From assembly GCA_030824275.1 (NCBI GenBank), contig JAVBXY010000016.1, forward strand, positions 115,807 to 179,806: a stretch of DNA of 64,000 bases. Reading direction: 5' to 3'. A program made the position numbers and the translations under genes. The notes under the pieces are model-generated. The model was not told where the DNA came from. It saw nothing but the letters and a program-made list of their open reading frames with translations, and searched no databases. The DNA is from Rhodocyclaceae bacterium (GTDB lineage Bacteria; Pseudomonadota; Gammaproteobacteria; Burkholderiales; Rhodocyclaceae). This document shows positions 34,610 through 45,204 of the stretch, one piece after another (position 1 is the stretch's first letter; the number at the start of each line of letters is the position of its first letter).

Positions 34610-35521
34610 TCAGACCTTGCCGCGCAGCTTGCCGATGCCTTCCACTACCAATAGCGCCAGCGCGCCGGCAACGAGGCCGACGAGCAGATCAGCCACCGGG
34701 CCAACCATGGTGCCAAGAACGCTGCCGGCACTTTCGGCCAGATGGTGGATGGTGTCGTGGGCGCCGGGCAGGCCGTGGGTGAGGATGCCGCCGCCGACGA
34801 GGAACATGGCAATGGTGCCGATGACGGTGAGGGACTTCATCAGCCTGGGCGCGGCGAGCAGCAGGCCGCGACCGAGTGCCTGGGCGGCGGCGTTGGCCTT
34901 GGTGGTGAGGTGCAGGCCGAGGTCGTCCATCTTGACGATGGCGGCGACGATGCCGTAGACGCCGACGGTCATCAGCAGGCCGATGCCGGCCAGCACGGTG
35001 AACTGTGAGGCAAAGGGCTTGTCGGCGACGGTGCCGAGGGTGATGACGATGATCTCGGCGGAGAGGACGAAGTCGGTGCGAATGGCGCCCTTGATCTTGT
35101 CCTTTTCCATGCTGGCGAGATCGATGTGTTCATCGGCGAGATGGGCGAGATGTTCGGCATGGTGGGCAGCCTCTTCTTCGGCGCCGTGTAAAAACTTGTG
35201 GGCAAGTTTCTCGACACCTTCGAAGCACAGGAAGAGGCCGCCAGCCATGAGCAGCGGGGTGATGGCCCAGGGGATCATGGCGCTGATGGCGAGCGCTGCC
35301 GGCACGAGGATGGCCTTGTTCTTCAGCGAGCCGACGGCGACGGCCCAGACCACGGGCAGCTCGCGCTCGGCACGGACGCCGGCGACCTGCTGGGCATTGA
35401 GGGCGAGATCGTCGCCGAGGACGCCGGCGGTCTTCTTGGCGGCGACCTTGGTCATCACCGCGACGTCGTCGAGGATGGTGGCGATGTCGTCGATCAGGGC
35501 GAGCAGGCTGGCTCCGGCCAT
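34610..35521 (-). CDS. DUF808 (YedI-like) membrane protein
   Basis: MAGASLLALIDDIATILDDVAVMTKVAAKKTAGVLGDDLALNAQQV N-terminus characteristic of the family (from memory), plus multiple TM helices. Confidence 0.8.
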   Translation of the reverse strand: MAGASLLALIDDIATILDDVAVMTKVAAKKTAGVLGDDLALNAQQVAGVRAERELPVVWAVAVGSLKNKAILVPAALAISAMIPWAITPLLMAGGLFLCFEGVEKLAHKFLHGAEEEAAHHAEHLAHLADEHIDLASMEKDKIKGAIRTDFVLSAEIIVITLGTVADKPFASQFTVLAGIGLLMTVGVYGIVAAIVKMDDLGLHLTTKANAAAQALGRGLLLAAPRLMKSLTVIGTIAMFLVGGGILTHGLPGAHDTIHHLAESAGSVLGTMVGPVADLLVGLVAGALALLVVEGIGKLRGKV

Positions 35522-35586
35522 GGGCTATTCCAAAGGGAAATTTTCGGGAAGGCGCACTTTAGCGCATTCCCCTTGCCGTCCGATGG

Positions 35587-35997
35587 TCAGCGGGCGAAGA
35601 CTTCGTCGGGCCGGGTGAAGGCCTTGAATTCGAGGGCGTTACGGTCGGGGTCGAGGAAGAACATGGTGGCCTGCTCGCCGGGCTGGCCGACGAAGCGCAG
35701 CTCGGGTGCGATCAGGAATTCGATGCCGGCGGTTTCAAGGCGCTTGGCGAAGGCCCAGAATTCGTCGCTGGGCAGAATGGCGCCAAAGTGGGGAATCGGC
35801 ACGTCGCGGCCATCCACCTTGCCCAGGCAGGCGACGTGGCCGGCTTCGCCGAGATGGGCGGAGAGCTGGTGGCCGAAGAGGTCGAAGTCGATCCAGTGTT
35901 CGGTGCTGCGCCCTTCGCGGCAGCCGAGGCGGCCGACGTAGAAGTCGCGGGCGCGGGCGATGTCGGTGATGGCGAAGGCGTAGTGGAAGTGGGGCAC
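35587..35997 (-). CDS. VOC/glyoxalase-bleomycin-resistance-family protein
   Basis: GTG start at 35997 after GAGGAA. HFHYAFAITDIARARDFY..FFLDPDRNALEF paired beta-alpha-beta-beta-beta modules. Confidence 0.75.
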   Translation of the reverse strand: MPHFHYAFAITDIARARDFYVGRLGCREGRSTEHWIDFDLFGHQLSAHLGEAGHVACLGKVDGRDVPIPHFGAILPSDEFWAFAKRLETAGIEFLIAPELRFVGQPGEQATMFFLDPDRNALEFKAFTRPDEVFAR

Positions 35998-36010
35998 GAC
36001 GCTGGTTTCC

Positions 36011-37249
36011 TCAGGCGTTGAGGGCGACGCGATGGCAGGTTTCCGCGTCGGCGCGGGCCATGCCGACGACGCCGGCATCGAGGCTGCCGTCGGCCACCAT
36101 GCGATCGAGTTCGGCGAGGATCGCGGGCACCGGCAGCGGTTCCCGATAGGGGCGGCGCTGGGCCAGGGCCTGGAAGACGTCGGCGACCTGGATGATGCGC
36201 ATTTCCTCGGTGATGTCGACGGCTTCGGTGTGGAAGGGATAGCCGTGGCCGTTGAGGCGTTCGTGGTGGAAGGCGGCGAGCTTGGCGATGGCATCGAGGC
36301 CGGGGGTGCGGCGCAGAATCTGGTAGGTCTCGAAGCTGTGGCTGAGCATGACTTCCTTTTCGTCGGCGGTCAGCGTGCCGGCCTTTTCGAGGATTTCGTC
36401 GGGGATACGCAGCTTGCCGATGTCGTGCAGCAGGCCGGCCAGTTCGAGCCGGTTGCAGGAGGCAGCACCGAGGCCGGCGACATTGCCGAGGTGGGCGGCG
36501 AGACGACCGACGCCTTCGGAATGTTCGACGGTGAAGGGACTCTTGGCGTCGACGATGCGGGCGAACAAGAGGGCCAGTTGCTTGAGCTGAGGCCAGTTGA
36601 TGGCCCGCGTTTCCACCTGGCGGGCACGGTCGATGACTTCGTAGTGCACGTAGGGCGTGTCGAGCTGGAGCCAGAAGGCCTCGGCGGCGGAGGCATGGAG
36701 GAAGGCGTCCACCAGTTCGGGCGAGAACAGGGTGCCGCTGTTTTCGGCGATGCGCTGGCGGATATCTTCGCGATGGCGCAGGACGCTGCGCGTGGCGTAG
36801 AAGGGGGCGGACAGGGCATCGACCCGATCCACCAGATACAGCAGGTTGGCGATGCGGCGGGCGGCGGGATTCATGCCCTCGGGCACGGGGGTGTCCCAAT
36901 GCCAGTGGTGCATCAGCACGTAATCGGCGAGATGGCTGAGCAGTTCGGTCTGCCGCAGCAGGTCGTAGCCGCGCTGGCAATGGTCGAAGGAGCCGGGCCA
37001 GTCGAGGCTATCCACGAGGCAGCGATGGACGCGGGTGGAGGAGACGCCGCAGTCGTGCAACAGGCCGGCGTCGTAGATTTCCTCGATCATCGCCGGGGAT
37101 TCGCCAAGGGCTTCGGCGAGGTAGGCGGCCATCATGCCGACGCGCTTGCCATGGAGGAGGTCATCGACACCGACCAGATCGAGGGCATCGGAAAGCGAGA
37201 AGACGACTCGCCGCAAATCGACCGTACGGGGCTGGAGCATGGTCGCCAC
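36011..37249 (-). CDS. HD-GYP-type phosphohydrolase with an extra degenerate N-terminal HD domain
   Basis: C-terminal LLHDIGKLRIPDEIL..HHERLNGHGYP. The N-terminal domain keeps LLHDCG but lacks GYP. Confidence 0.9.
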   Translation of the reverse strand: MATMLQPRTVDLRRVVFSLSDALDLVGVDDLLHGKRVGMMAAYLAEALGESPAMIEEIYDAGLLHDCGVSSTRVHRCLVDSLDWPGSFDHCQRGYDLLRQTELLSHLADYVLMHHWHWDTPVPEGMNPAARRIANLLYLVDRVDALSAPFYATRSVLRHREDIRQRIAENSGTLFSPELVDAFLHASAAEAFWLQLDTPYVHYEVIDRARQVETRAINWPQLKQLALLFARIVDAKSPFTVEHSEGVGRLAAHLGNVAGLGAASCNRLELAGLLHDIGKLRIPDEILEKAGTLTADEKEVMLSHSFETYQILRRTPGLDAIAKLAAFHHERLNGHGYPFHTEAVDITEEMRIIQVADVFQALAQRRPYREPLPVPAILAELDRMVADGSLDAGVVGMARADAETCHRVALNA

Positions 37250-37323
37250 CTTGTTGTCCGTGTTTTATGCGGACTATCATGCAGCTTGAACGAAACGTAA
37301 TCAACCCCGCAGAGGCCGAGGTC

Positions 37324-38178
37324 ATGACTATATTTCCCCGCCAATTTTTGCAGCTGTCGTCCCTGGTCCTGATGCTGGGCCTGAGCCTGGCGAACCCACT
37401 GGCACGGGCCGCCGAGCCGATGCCGCTGTTCGACGCGCACATGCACTACAACTGGGAGCCGAAGCCGCATTTCCCGCTGGAAAAGGTGCTGCAACTGTTC
37501 CGCGAAAACCGCGTCACCGGCATCCTCGCCACCAGTCGGCCCAACGACGGTACGCGGGCGCTGTACGAAGCAGGAAAGACGGTGGCAAAGGATATCTGGG
37601 TGGTGCCCTTCATCCGCCCCTACCGCGTGCGGCCGGACATCCAGACCTGGATGAACGACGCCACGATCCAGGAACTGATCGAGACCGAATACAAGCGCGG
37701 CTACTACCAGGGCATCGGCGAATTCCACCTGGCCGGCAAGGCGGCGGACACGCCGCTGGTGAAGCGCACGGTGGACTTCGCGGTGGAGAGGAATCTTTAC
37801 CTCCACGCCCATGCCGACGACGAGGCGCTGGAGATTCTCTACCGCCACAATCCGAAGGCGCGCATCGTCTGGGCACATACGGGCTTCTCGACCTCGCCGG
37901 AAAAAGTGGAGGCCTACCTCAAGCGTTATCCGGCGCTGTGGTGCGAGCTGTCCTACCGCTACGGCATCACCGAGGGCGGCAAACTCAGCGCCGAGTGGCG
38001 CCGGCTGTTCGAGAAATATCCGGAGCGCTTCCTGCTTGGCTCGGACACCTGGGTGAACGAGCGCTGGGACAGCTACGGCAGCATCATGGGCGGCTACCGT
38101 GAATGGCTGGCCCAGTTGCCGAAGGATGCGGCGGAGCAGATTGCCTTCCGCAATGCGGAGCGGCTGTTTCGCCGCTGA
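37324..38178 (+). CDS. secreted amidohydrolase-2/TIM-barrel metal-dependent hydrolase
   Basis: The ATG at 37324 gives a signal peptide (..LSLANPLARAA). FDAHMHYN, GEFHL, LHAHAD and GSDTW metal-ligand pattern. The ORF could start at 37267. Confidence 0.7.
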   Translation: MTIFPRQFLQLSSLVLMLGLSLANPLARAAEPMPLFDAHMHYNWEPKPHFPLEKVLQLFRENRVTGILATSRPNDGTRALYEAGKTVAKDIWVVPFIRPYRVRPDIQTWMNDATIQELIETEYKRGYYQGIGEFHLAGKAADTPLVKRTVDFAVERNLYLHAHADDEALEILYRHNPKARIVWAHTGFSTSPEKVEAYLKRYPALWCELSYRYGITEGGKLSAEWRRLFEKYPERFLLGSDTWVNERWDSYGSIMGGYREWLAQLPKDAAEQIAFRNAERLFRR

Positions 38179-38204
38179 GCCGTCACTCAGTTGCCACCGA
38201 GCGC

Positions 38205-39149
38205 ATGGGACTTTTCGACTGGCTGAAGCCTGCGCCGCCCATCGATGCCGTCACGACGACGGCCATCGAGCGGGCGGTGGATATTGTCGAGCCACTGATC
38301 CGGGTGGTCGGCCATTACCGCACGCGCCTGGCGTCACCGACGCAGCAGGCGCTCGACTATTGCGCGCGGATCGCCGAGCGCATTCCCGGTCCCTTCGAGA
38401 TCAGCCGCCATGCCTTCGGCAATGATCCGCTGGTCCACGCGCTGTTTGGCAGCGCCGACGACATCGAGACCATGCTGGCCAGCAGCGACAGCCTGCGCCA
38501 GCAGGGGCCGCCCATCGACGGTGACGGTTACTGCGCGCTGCTGGGCATGCGCCATCGGGAGAAATCCGGTTTCGGCGTCGCCCTCACGGGCGAGGTGCTG
38601 CGGCTGGACGTGCCGCAGAAGACGCTCTACTTCAGCGACCACACGCTGGCCGAACCCAGCCCGGACCTCGACGCAGCGCGCGGCCGCTTGCGCGCCGCGC
38701 TGTTCGACGGTCTGCTGAAGGGCTTCGCCGCCCATGTCGCCGATGTCCGCGCGGAACGAGCGCAACTGTCCATCAGTCACTCCATGGCACGCGTACAGGA
38801 ACGCCAAACGCTAGGGCCGGAGTCCCACACCCGTCGCCTAGACGAGCTGGGCCTGCGCCTGCGCGCCAGCGCCGATGCGCTGCGGCCGGAGGCCCTGCTG
38901 GAAACGCTGGCGGATTGCCTGGCGGCACCGGATGATTTTCTGCGCGTCGATCCGGTGGCTGTATCGGTGGACCGCAATGGCGTCATCACCGGCGTCGGCG
39001 ACGACAATACGGAGAACACGCTGCACTTCATGGAGTTGACGGCGCGCGACAAACGCCGCTGGGTGGTGATCCTGGCGCATATCCGCCGCGAGGACATCCG
39101 CCGCGCCACAGAGCGCATCGAAGCGGCGCGCCGCTATATCGTGATCTGA
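38205..39149 (+). CDS. hypothetical protein (314 aa)
   Basis: The ATG at 38205 gives MGLFDWLKP. Good coding frame, no domain I recognise. 16-nt convergent overlap with the PAP2 gene. Confidence 0.55.
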   Translation: MGLFDWLKPAPPIDAVTTTAIERAVDIVEPLIRVVGHYRTRLASPTQQALDYCARIAERIPGPFEISRHAFGNDPLVHALFGSADDIETMLASSDSLRQQGPPIDGDGYCALLGMRHREKSGFGVALTGEVLRLDVPQKTLYFSDHTLAEPSPDLDAARGRLRAALFDGLLKGFAAHVADVRAERAQLSISHSMARVQERQTLGPESHTRRLDELGLRLRASADALRPEALLETLADCLAAPDDFLRVDPVAVSVDRNGVITGVGDDNTENTLHFMELTARDKRRWVVILAHIRREDIRRATERIEAARRYIVI

Positions 39150-39661
39150 CGCATCCACCAGGTCCAGCCAGCGGCGAGCAAGGCGCCGGCCATCACGTCA
39201 CTGGGGTAATGCACTTGCAGGTAGATGCGGGAGATCACCACCATGACGACTAGCGCCAGCAGCGGCGCAATGGCGCAGCCGGCATAGCGAGGCGCCCGAT
39301 GGCGCAATAGAAACCAGGCCGCGAGAGCCGCCGCCGTGACCTGCATGGCATGGACGCTGGGAAAGGACAGCGGCGACAGGACGCTGGCCAGGGCGGGATA
39401 GAGGTCGGGGCGAGGCCGCTCGACGACGAGCTTGAGCAACTGCCCGATCAGCGGTGAACCAAAGCAGGCGAGCAGAAGAAAGCGTGCCTCGGGGCGCCAG
39501 CCGCGCCGCCAGAACAAGGCGGCAACAACTGCGGCAGTCGGCAGCAGCACCGTCTGCGAACCCAGCCAGGAAATGCCGCCGAAGAAGACGTCGAGCGTTG
39601 GGCTGCGCAGACCGTGGGCGAGGACCAGCCCCGCCCGGTCGACATCCATCAGCGCTGTCAC
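39134..39661 (-). CDS. PAP2-family phosphatase
   Basis: Membrane protein with SFPSVHA and SRIYLQVHYPSDV motifs. Confidence 0.8.
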   Translation of the reverse strand: MTALMDVDRAGLVLAHGLRSPTLDVFFGGISWLGSQTVLLPTAAVVAALFWRRGWRPEARFLLLACFGSPLIGQLLKLVVERPRPDLYPALASVLSPLSFPSVHAMQVTAAALAAWFLLRHRAPRYAGCAIAPLLALVVMVVISRIYLQVHYPSDVMAGALLAAGWTWWMRQITI

Positions 39662-39666
39662 GAATA

Positions 39667-39692
39667 TCGCCGTGCCATCAGCGCCGACTTTT
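39667..39692 (-). repeat. copy of dispersed motif
   Basis: Reverse complement is AAAAGTCGGCGCTGATGGCACGGCGA. 5 nt after the pntB stop, in sense orientation. Confidence 0.85.
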
Positions 39693-39697
39693 CTGGA

Positions 39698-41113
<1,416 letters not shown>

Positions 41114-41130
41114 TGTCGTCGTCTCCTGGA

Positions 41131-42723
41131 TTATTTGCGGAACATCGCAAGCATGCGATGGGTCACGGCGAAGCCGCCAAACATGTTCACGGCAGTGAGC
41201 ACGATGCCGACCACGGCCAGCCAGCGAATGGCGTCAGTGGGACGCCCCACGGACAGCGCCTCGGTCAGCGGCGGAGCGATCTGAACCAGGGCGCCGATGG
41301 CGATGATGCTGGAGATCGCATTGGTCACGCTCATCAGCGGCGTGTGCAGGGCCGGCGTGACGTTCCACACCACCATGTAGCCGACGAAGCAAGCGAGGAC
41401 GAAGACCGTGAAGTGGCCGAGGAAGGCCGCCGGTGCGTTGGCGCCGATGAACCAGAACAGCGCCGCGGCGACGCCGAACATGATGGCCAGGGTGCTGCCG
41501 GCCATGGGCTCGCTGGGGGCGCCGTGGCCATGGCCTTTCTTCGCCGCCGGAACCGCAGCAGCGGCAGCAGCAGGTTTCGGTGCTGCCACCACCAACGGCG
41601 GAGCCGGCCAGGTGATGGCGCCGTCCTTGATCACCGTCAGGCCGCGGATGGCATCGTCTTCCATGTTGACGTTGATGATGCCGTCCTTGGTCTTGCAGAG
41701 TTCTTCAGCGAGGCGGAACAGGTTGGTGGCGTAGAGCGTGGAGGACTGCTTGGCCAGACGGCTGACCAGGTCGGTGTAGCCGACGATGGTGACGCCATGC
41801 TTGACCACCGACTGGCCGGGCTCGGTCAGCTCACAGTTGCCGCCCTGCTCGGCGGCCATGTCGACGATCACACTGCCCGGCTTCATGCTCTGCACCATCT
41901 CGGCGGTGATCAGCCGGGGCGCGGGCTTGCCGGGGATCAGCGCGGTGGTGATGATGATGTCCACTTCGCGCGCCTGTTTGGCGTACATCTCGCGCTGGGC
42001 CTGCTGGAAGCCTTCGCTCATGACCTTGGCGTAGCCGCCGCCACCGGAGCCTTCTTCCTCGTAGTCGACCTTGACGAATTCACCGCCCAGGGAGACGACC
42101 TGGTCGGCGACTTCGGCGCGGGTGTCGTTGGCGCGCACGATGGCGCCAAGGCCAGCAGCAGTGCCGATGGCCGCCAGACCGGCGACGCCGGCACCGGCGA
42201 TGAAGACCTTGGCCGGCGGTACCTTGCCGGCGGCAGTGATCTGGCCGTTGAAGAAGCGGCCGAAGGCGTTGGCGGCCTCAATCACGGCCCGGTAGCCGGC
42301 GACGCCGGCCTGGGAGGTCAGGGCATCCATCTTCTGGGCGCGGGAGAGCACACGCGGCAGGGCATCGATGGCCAGCACGGTGACCTTTCTGGCGGCGAGC
42401 TGCTGCATCAGATCCGGGTTCTGTGCCGGCCAGATGAAGCTGATCAGCGTCTGACCTTCGCGCATCAGGCCGACCTCATCCTGCGATGGGCCACGAACCT
42501 TGAAGACGATATCGGCAGCGGCCCACAGCTTGGCGGCTCCGTCGACGACTTGCGCGCCAGCGGCACGGTAACTGTCGTCACTGCAATTCGCCAGGTCGCC
42601 GGCGCCGGATTCCACGGCCACCGCAAAGCCCAGCTTGACGAGTTTTTCGACCACCTCGGGAACGGTGGCAACCCGCTTTTCACCCGCTGCCGTCTCTTTC
42701 GGCACTCCGATTGTCAGAGACAT
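41131..42723 (-). CDS. pntA: NAD(P) transhydrogenase subunit alpha (fused alpha1+alpha2)
   Basis: [19 protein letters not shown], alanine-dehydrogenase-like NAD domain ([13 protein letters not shown]) and a C-terminal 4-TM part. Confidence 0.95.
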   Translation of the reverse strand: MSLTIGVPKETAAGEKRVATVPEVVEKLVKLGFAVAVESGAGDLANCSDDSYRAAGAQVVDGAAKLWAAADIVFKVRGPSQDEVGLMREGQTLISFIWPAQNPDLMQQLAARKVTVLAIDALPRVLSRAQKMDALTSQAGVAGYRAVIEAANAFGRFFNGQITAAGKVPPAKVFIAGAGVAGLAAIGTAAGLGAIVRANDTRAEVADQVVSLGGEFVKVDYEEEGSGGGGYAKVMSEGFQQAQREMYAKQAREVDIIITTALIPGKPAPRLITAEMVQSMKPGSVIVDMAAEQGGNCELTEPGQSVVKHGVTIVGYTDLVSRLAKQSSTLYATNLFRLAEELCKTKDGIINVNMEDDAIRGLTVIKDGAITWPAPPLVVAAPKPAAAAAAVPAAKKGHGHGAPSEPMAGSTLAIMFGVAAALFWFIGANAPAAFLGHFTVFVLACFVGYMVVWNVTPALHTPLMSVTNAISSIIAIGALVQIAPPLTEALSVGRPTDAIRWLAVVGIVLTAVNMFGGFAVTHRMLAMFRK

Positions 42724-42900
42724 GATTCTCCCATTTACTTTGTTTGTAGGTTTGCTGACGACAGAGACTGTCGCAATCCGCTCCAGCCGGCTAGCCGGAA
42801 AGCGCGTCCTGCGCGCGCCGGAGGACAGAAAGCTATCATACTTGGCAAAAATACACGCCTGCGCGCACCAACGAAATACTTATCTAGCAATAAATACGCC

Positions 42901-43995
42901 ATGACCAAGGCCACTTCGCGCAAAGCGCGCGCCGGAAAACACCTGTCGCAAGCAGCCAAGATCGGCATGGCGCCCGGCTCGCTGATCCACGTCGGCGAGC
43001 GCAAGACGGACCAGCCGGCGATCACCCTGATCGAGTACGGCGACGGCGAACTGGTCGAGCATCATTTCGCCAACCTGGCCGAGGCCCACGCCTACCGTCC
43101 GCGCCTGCCGACCCTGTGGCTCAACGTCCACGGCCTGCACGAACCCGAAGTAATGGCCGAGATCGGCCGCCGCTTCCAGCTCCACCCCCTGGTGCTGGAG
43201 GACATCCTCCACACCAACCAGCGGCCCAAGGTGGATGACTACGGCGACTACCTTTACGTCGTCGCCCGCTTCTTCGAGAACGAGGACGGGCTCGGCGGCA
43301 TCGACTCCGACCAGGTCAGCCTGATCCTGGGCCGCAACTTCGTTCTCACCTTCCAGGAGCGCCCCAGCGGCCGACTCGACCCGGTGCGCGAACGCCTGCG
43401 CCAGGAGCGCGGCCAGATCCGCCGCCTCGGCGCCGACTACCTGGCCTACTCGATACTGGACGCCATCATCGACCGCTATTTCACCGTGCTGGAACGCATT
43501 GGCGAGCGCACGGAAGAGTTGGAGGACGAGATGCTGGCGCAGCCGCGCCCCGCCGCCCTGCAAGCCCTGCACGTACTGAAGCGCGAAACCCTGACCCTGC
43601 GCCGCGCGGTGTGGCCGCTGCGTGAAGTCATCAACAACCTGACCCGCACCGACGAGCGCTTCTTCCGCCCGGAAACCCGGCCCTACCTGCGCGATGTGTA
43701 CGACCACACGGTGCATGCCATCGAATCGCTGGAAGCCAATCGGGACGTCATCGCCGGCATGCTCGACATCTACCTGTCCTCGGTCAGCAACCGGGTGAAC
43801 CAGGAAGTGCGGGTGCTGACGGTGATCGCCCTCACCTTCATGCCGGCGACGCTGATTTCAGGCATCTTCGGCATGAACTTCAAGATCATGCCGCTGCTCG
43901 ACGCACCGTCCGGTTTTATCTACGCCATCAGCATGATGATGACGGTGGCCGTCACGCTGGGTATCGTCTTCTGGCGGCGGCGCTGGCTGGAGTAG
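42901..43995 (+). CDS. corA: magnesium/cobalt transporter CorA
   Basis: The ATG at 42901 lies inside a much longer shadow ORF. C-terminal TM pair with the GMNF motif (GIFGMNF). Confidence 0.93.
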   Translation: MTKATSRKARAGKHLSQAAKIGMAPGSLIHVGERKTDQPAITLIEYGDGELVEHHFANLAEAHAYRPRLPTLWLNVHGLHEPEVMAEIGRRFQLHPLVLEDILHTNQRPKVDDYGDYLYVVARFFENEDGLGGIDSDQVSLILGRNFVLTFQERPSGRLDPVRERLRQERGQIRRLGADYLAYSILDAIIDRYFTVLERIGERTEELEDEMLAQPRPAALQALHVLKRETLTLRRAVWPLREVINNLTRTDERFFRPETRPYLRDVYDHTVHAIESLEANRDVIAGMLDIYLSSVSNRVNQEVRVLTVIALTFMPATLISGIFGMNFKIMPLLDAPSGFIYAISMMMTVAVTLGIVFWRRRWLE

Positions 43996-44115
43996 GGCTC
44001 GCGCTGTGAATCCTGAAATAGCCAGGGACGGGGCATCTGTTCGATGCTCGCGCCGGGGCGGCGACATACCAATATCGATTTCATTTCTCATTGGCCCCGC
44101 GCGAAGACCTCTGTC

Positions 44116-44895
44116 ATGGATATTCCCAAGCACCTGTACGGCGGACTCCGCCAAAGCGGCCTGACCATCGCCTCGGAGACATCCACGCTCCGCATCTTCA
44201 CCCTGCTATTCGAGAGCCCGATCCGGATGACCGAGAAAACATCGATCTTCGGTGTCGGCAATGTCGGTGCCTATAGTTTCATCGGCAAGAACTTCAACAT
44301 CTCGTCCTTCGAAATCGGCCGCTACTGCTCCCTGGCCAGCTACATCCGCGAAGTGGCCGACCACAAGATGGACCTGTTCTCCACCCATCCCATGTTCGAG
44401 ACGCGGGGCAGCTTCTTTCCGGGAGACCGCATATTCGATGAATTCGTCGCCGCCCGCATCGAAAAGAAGCCAAACGCACCGAGTACCAATACCACGATCC
44501 GCATTGGCAACGATGTGTGGATCGGCGAGGGAGTCCTGATCAAGGCCGGCGTGACCATCGGCAATGGCGCCGTGATCGGTGCCAACAGTTTCGTCAAGCA
44601 CGACGTGCCACCCTATGCGGTGGTGGTCGGCTGTCCGGCGAAGGTCAAGCGCTTCCGCTTTTCAGAAGCGCTGATCGAACGCTTCGAGCGCGTTCAATGG
44701 TGGAAATACGACCTGTCGCCCCTGGCGCGAGAAGTGGATTTCAGTGATCCCGAACGCGCGCTCGATGTCATCGAGGATCGCCTGGCAGACACATCTCTGG
44801 AACTCCTCGACCCGGATCGATGGGTTCTGCTACAGGAAGGCAACGAGGCCCGATTGTTGAAGTTCGAGAAAGACAGCGAAGCGACAGTCACCTAA
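44116..44895 (+). CDS. hexapeptide-repeat (CatB/Vat-like xenobiotic) acetyltransferase
   Basis: IRIGNDVWIGEGVLIKAGVTIGNGAVIGANSFVKHDVPPYAVVVGCPAKVKRFRF left-handed beta-helix. Start is 44116 or 44044. Confidence 0.8.
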   Translation: MDIPKHLYGGLRQSGLTIASETSTLRIFTLLFESPIRMTEKTSIFGVGNVGAYSFIGKNFNISSFEIGRYCSLASYIREVADHKMDLFSTHPMFETRGSFFPGDRIFDEFVAARIEKKPNAPSTNTTIRIGNDVWIGEGVLIKAGVTIGNGAVIGANSFVKHDVPPYAVVVGCPAKVKRFRFSEALIERFERVQWWKYDLSPLAREVDFSDPERALDVIEDRLADTSLELLDPDRWVLLQEGNEARLLKFEKDSEATVT

Positions 44896-44926
44896 GGGCT
44901 AGCGTCGCACGCCGGAAACGCATCCA

Positions 44927-45178
44927 TCAGGGCGGCGCCGGATGATCCCCGCTGCCGAACACCCGTTTTGCGGCGGTGACGATGATGAACACTTCCTGCA
45001 CCGATAGCTGCGGGAAGTTTTCGTGCAGGGCGCGGTAGGCCAAGTGCTCGTGGGTATGCCCGGCCCAGCTGTTGGCTTCATCGAAGAAGGGGCGGATCAC
45101 ATCGTAGGCTTCAACGAAGATGGTGCGCAGTTCAGGGCTGCCACGGCGTTCGCTGGCGGCGGTATCGGTATCAGTCAT
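44927..45178 (-). CDS. hypothetical small protein (83 aa)
   Basis: Last gene of the minus-strand operon, 26 nt after the acyl-CoA synthetase stop. No domain recognised. Confidence 0.45.
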   Translation of the reverse strand: MTDTDTAASERRGSPELRTIFVEAYDVIRPFFDEANSWAGHTHEHLAYRALHENFPQLSVQEVFIIVTAAKRVFGSGDHPAPP

Positions 45179-45204
45179 GGTCTTGCTTCTTTCCTTGCAC
45201 TGTC

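Noticed and set aside
35712-37300. 422-aa Arg/Pro-rich minus ORF (35712-36980) and 422-aa plus ORF (36032-37300)
   Set aside because: They are alternative frames of the HD-GYP/VOC locus. Only the 36011-37249 frame carries HD and HHExxxGxGYP motifs.
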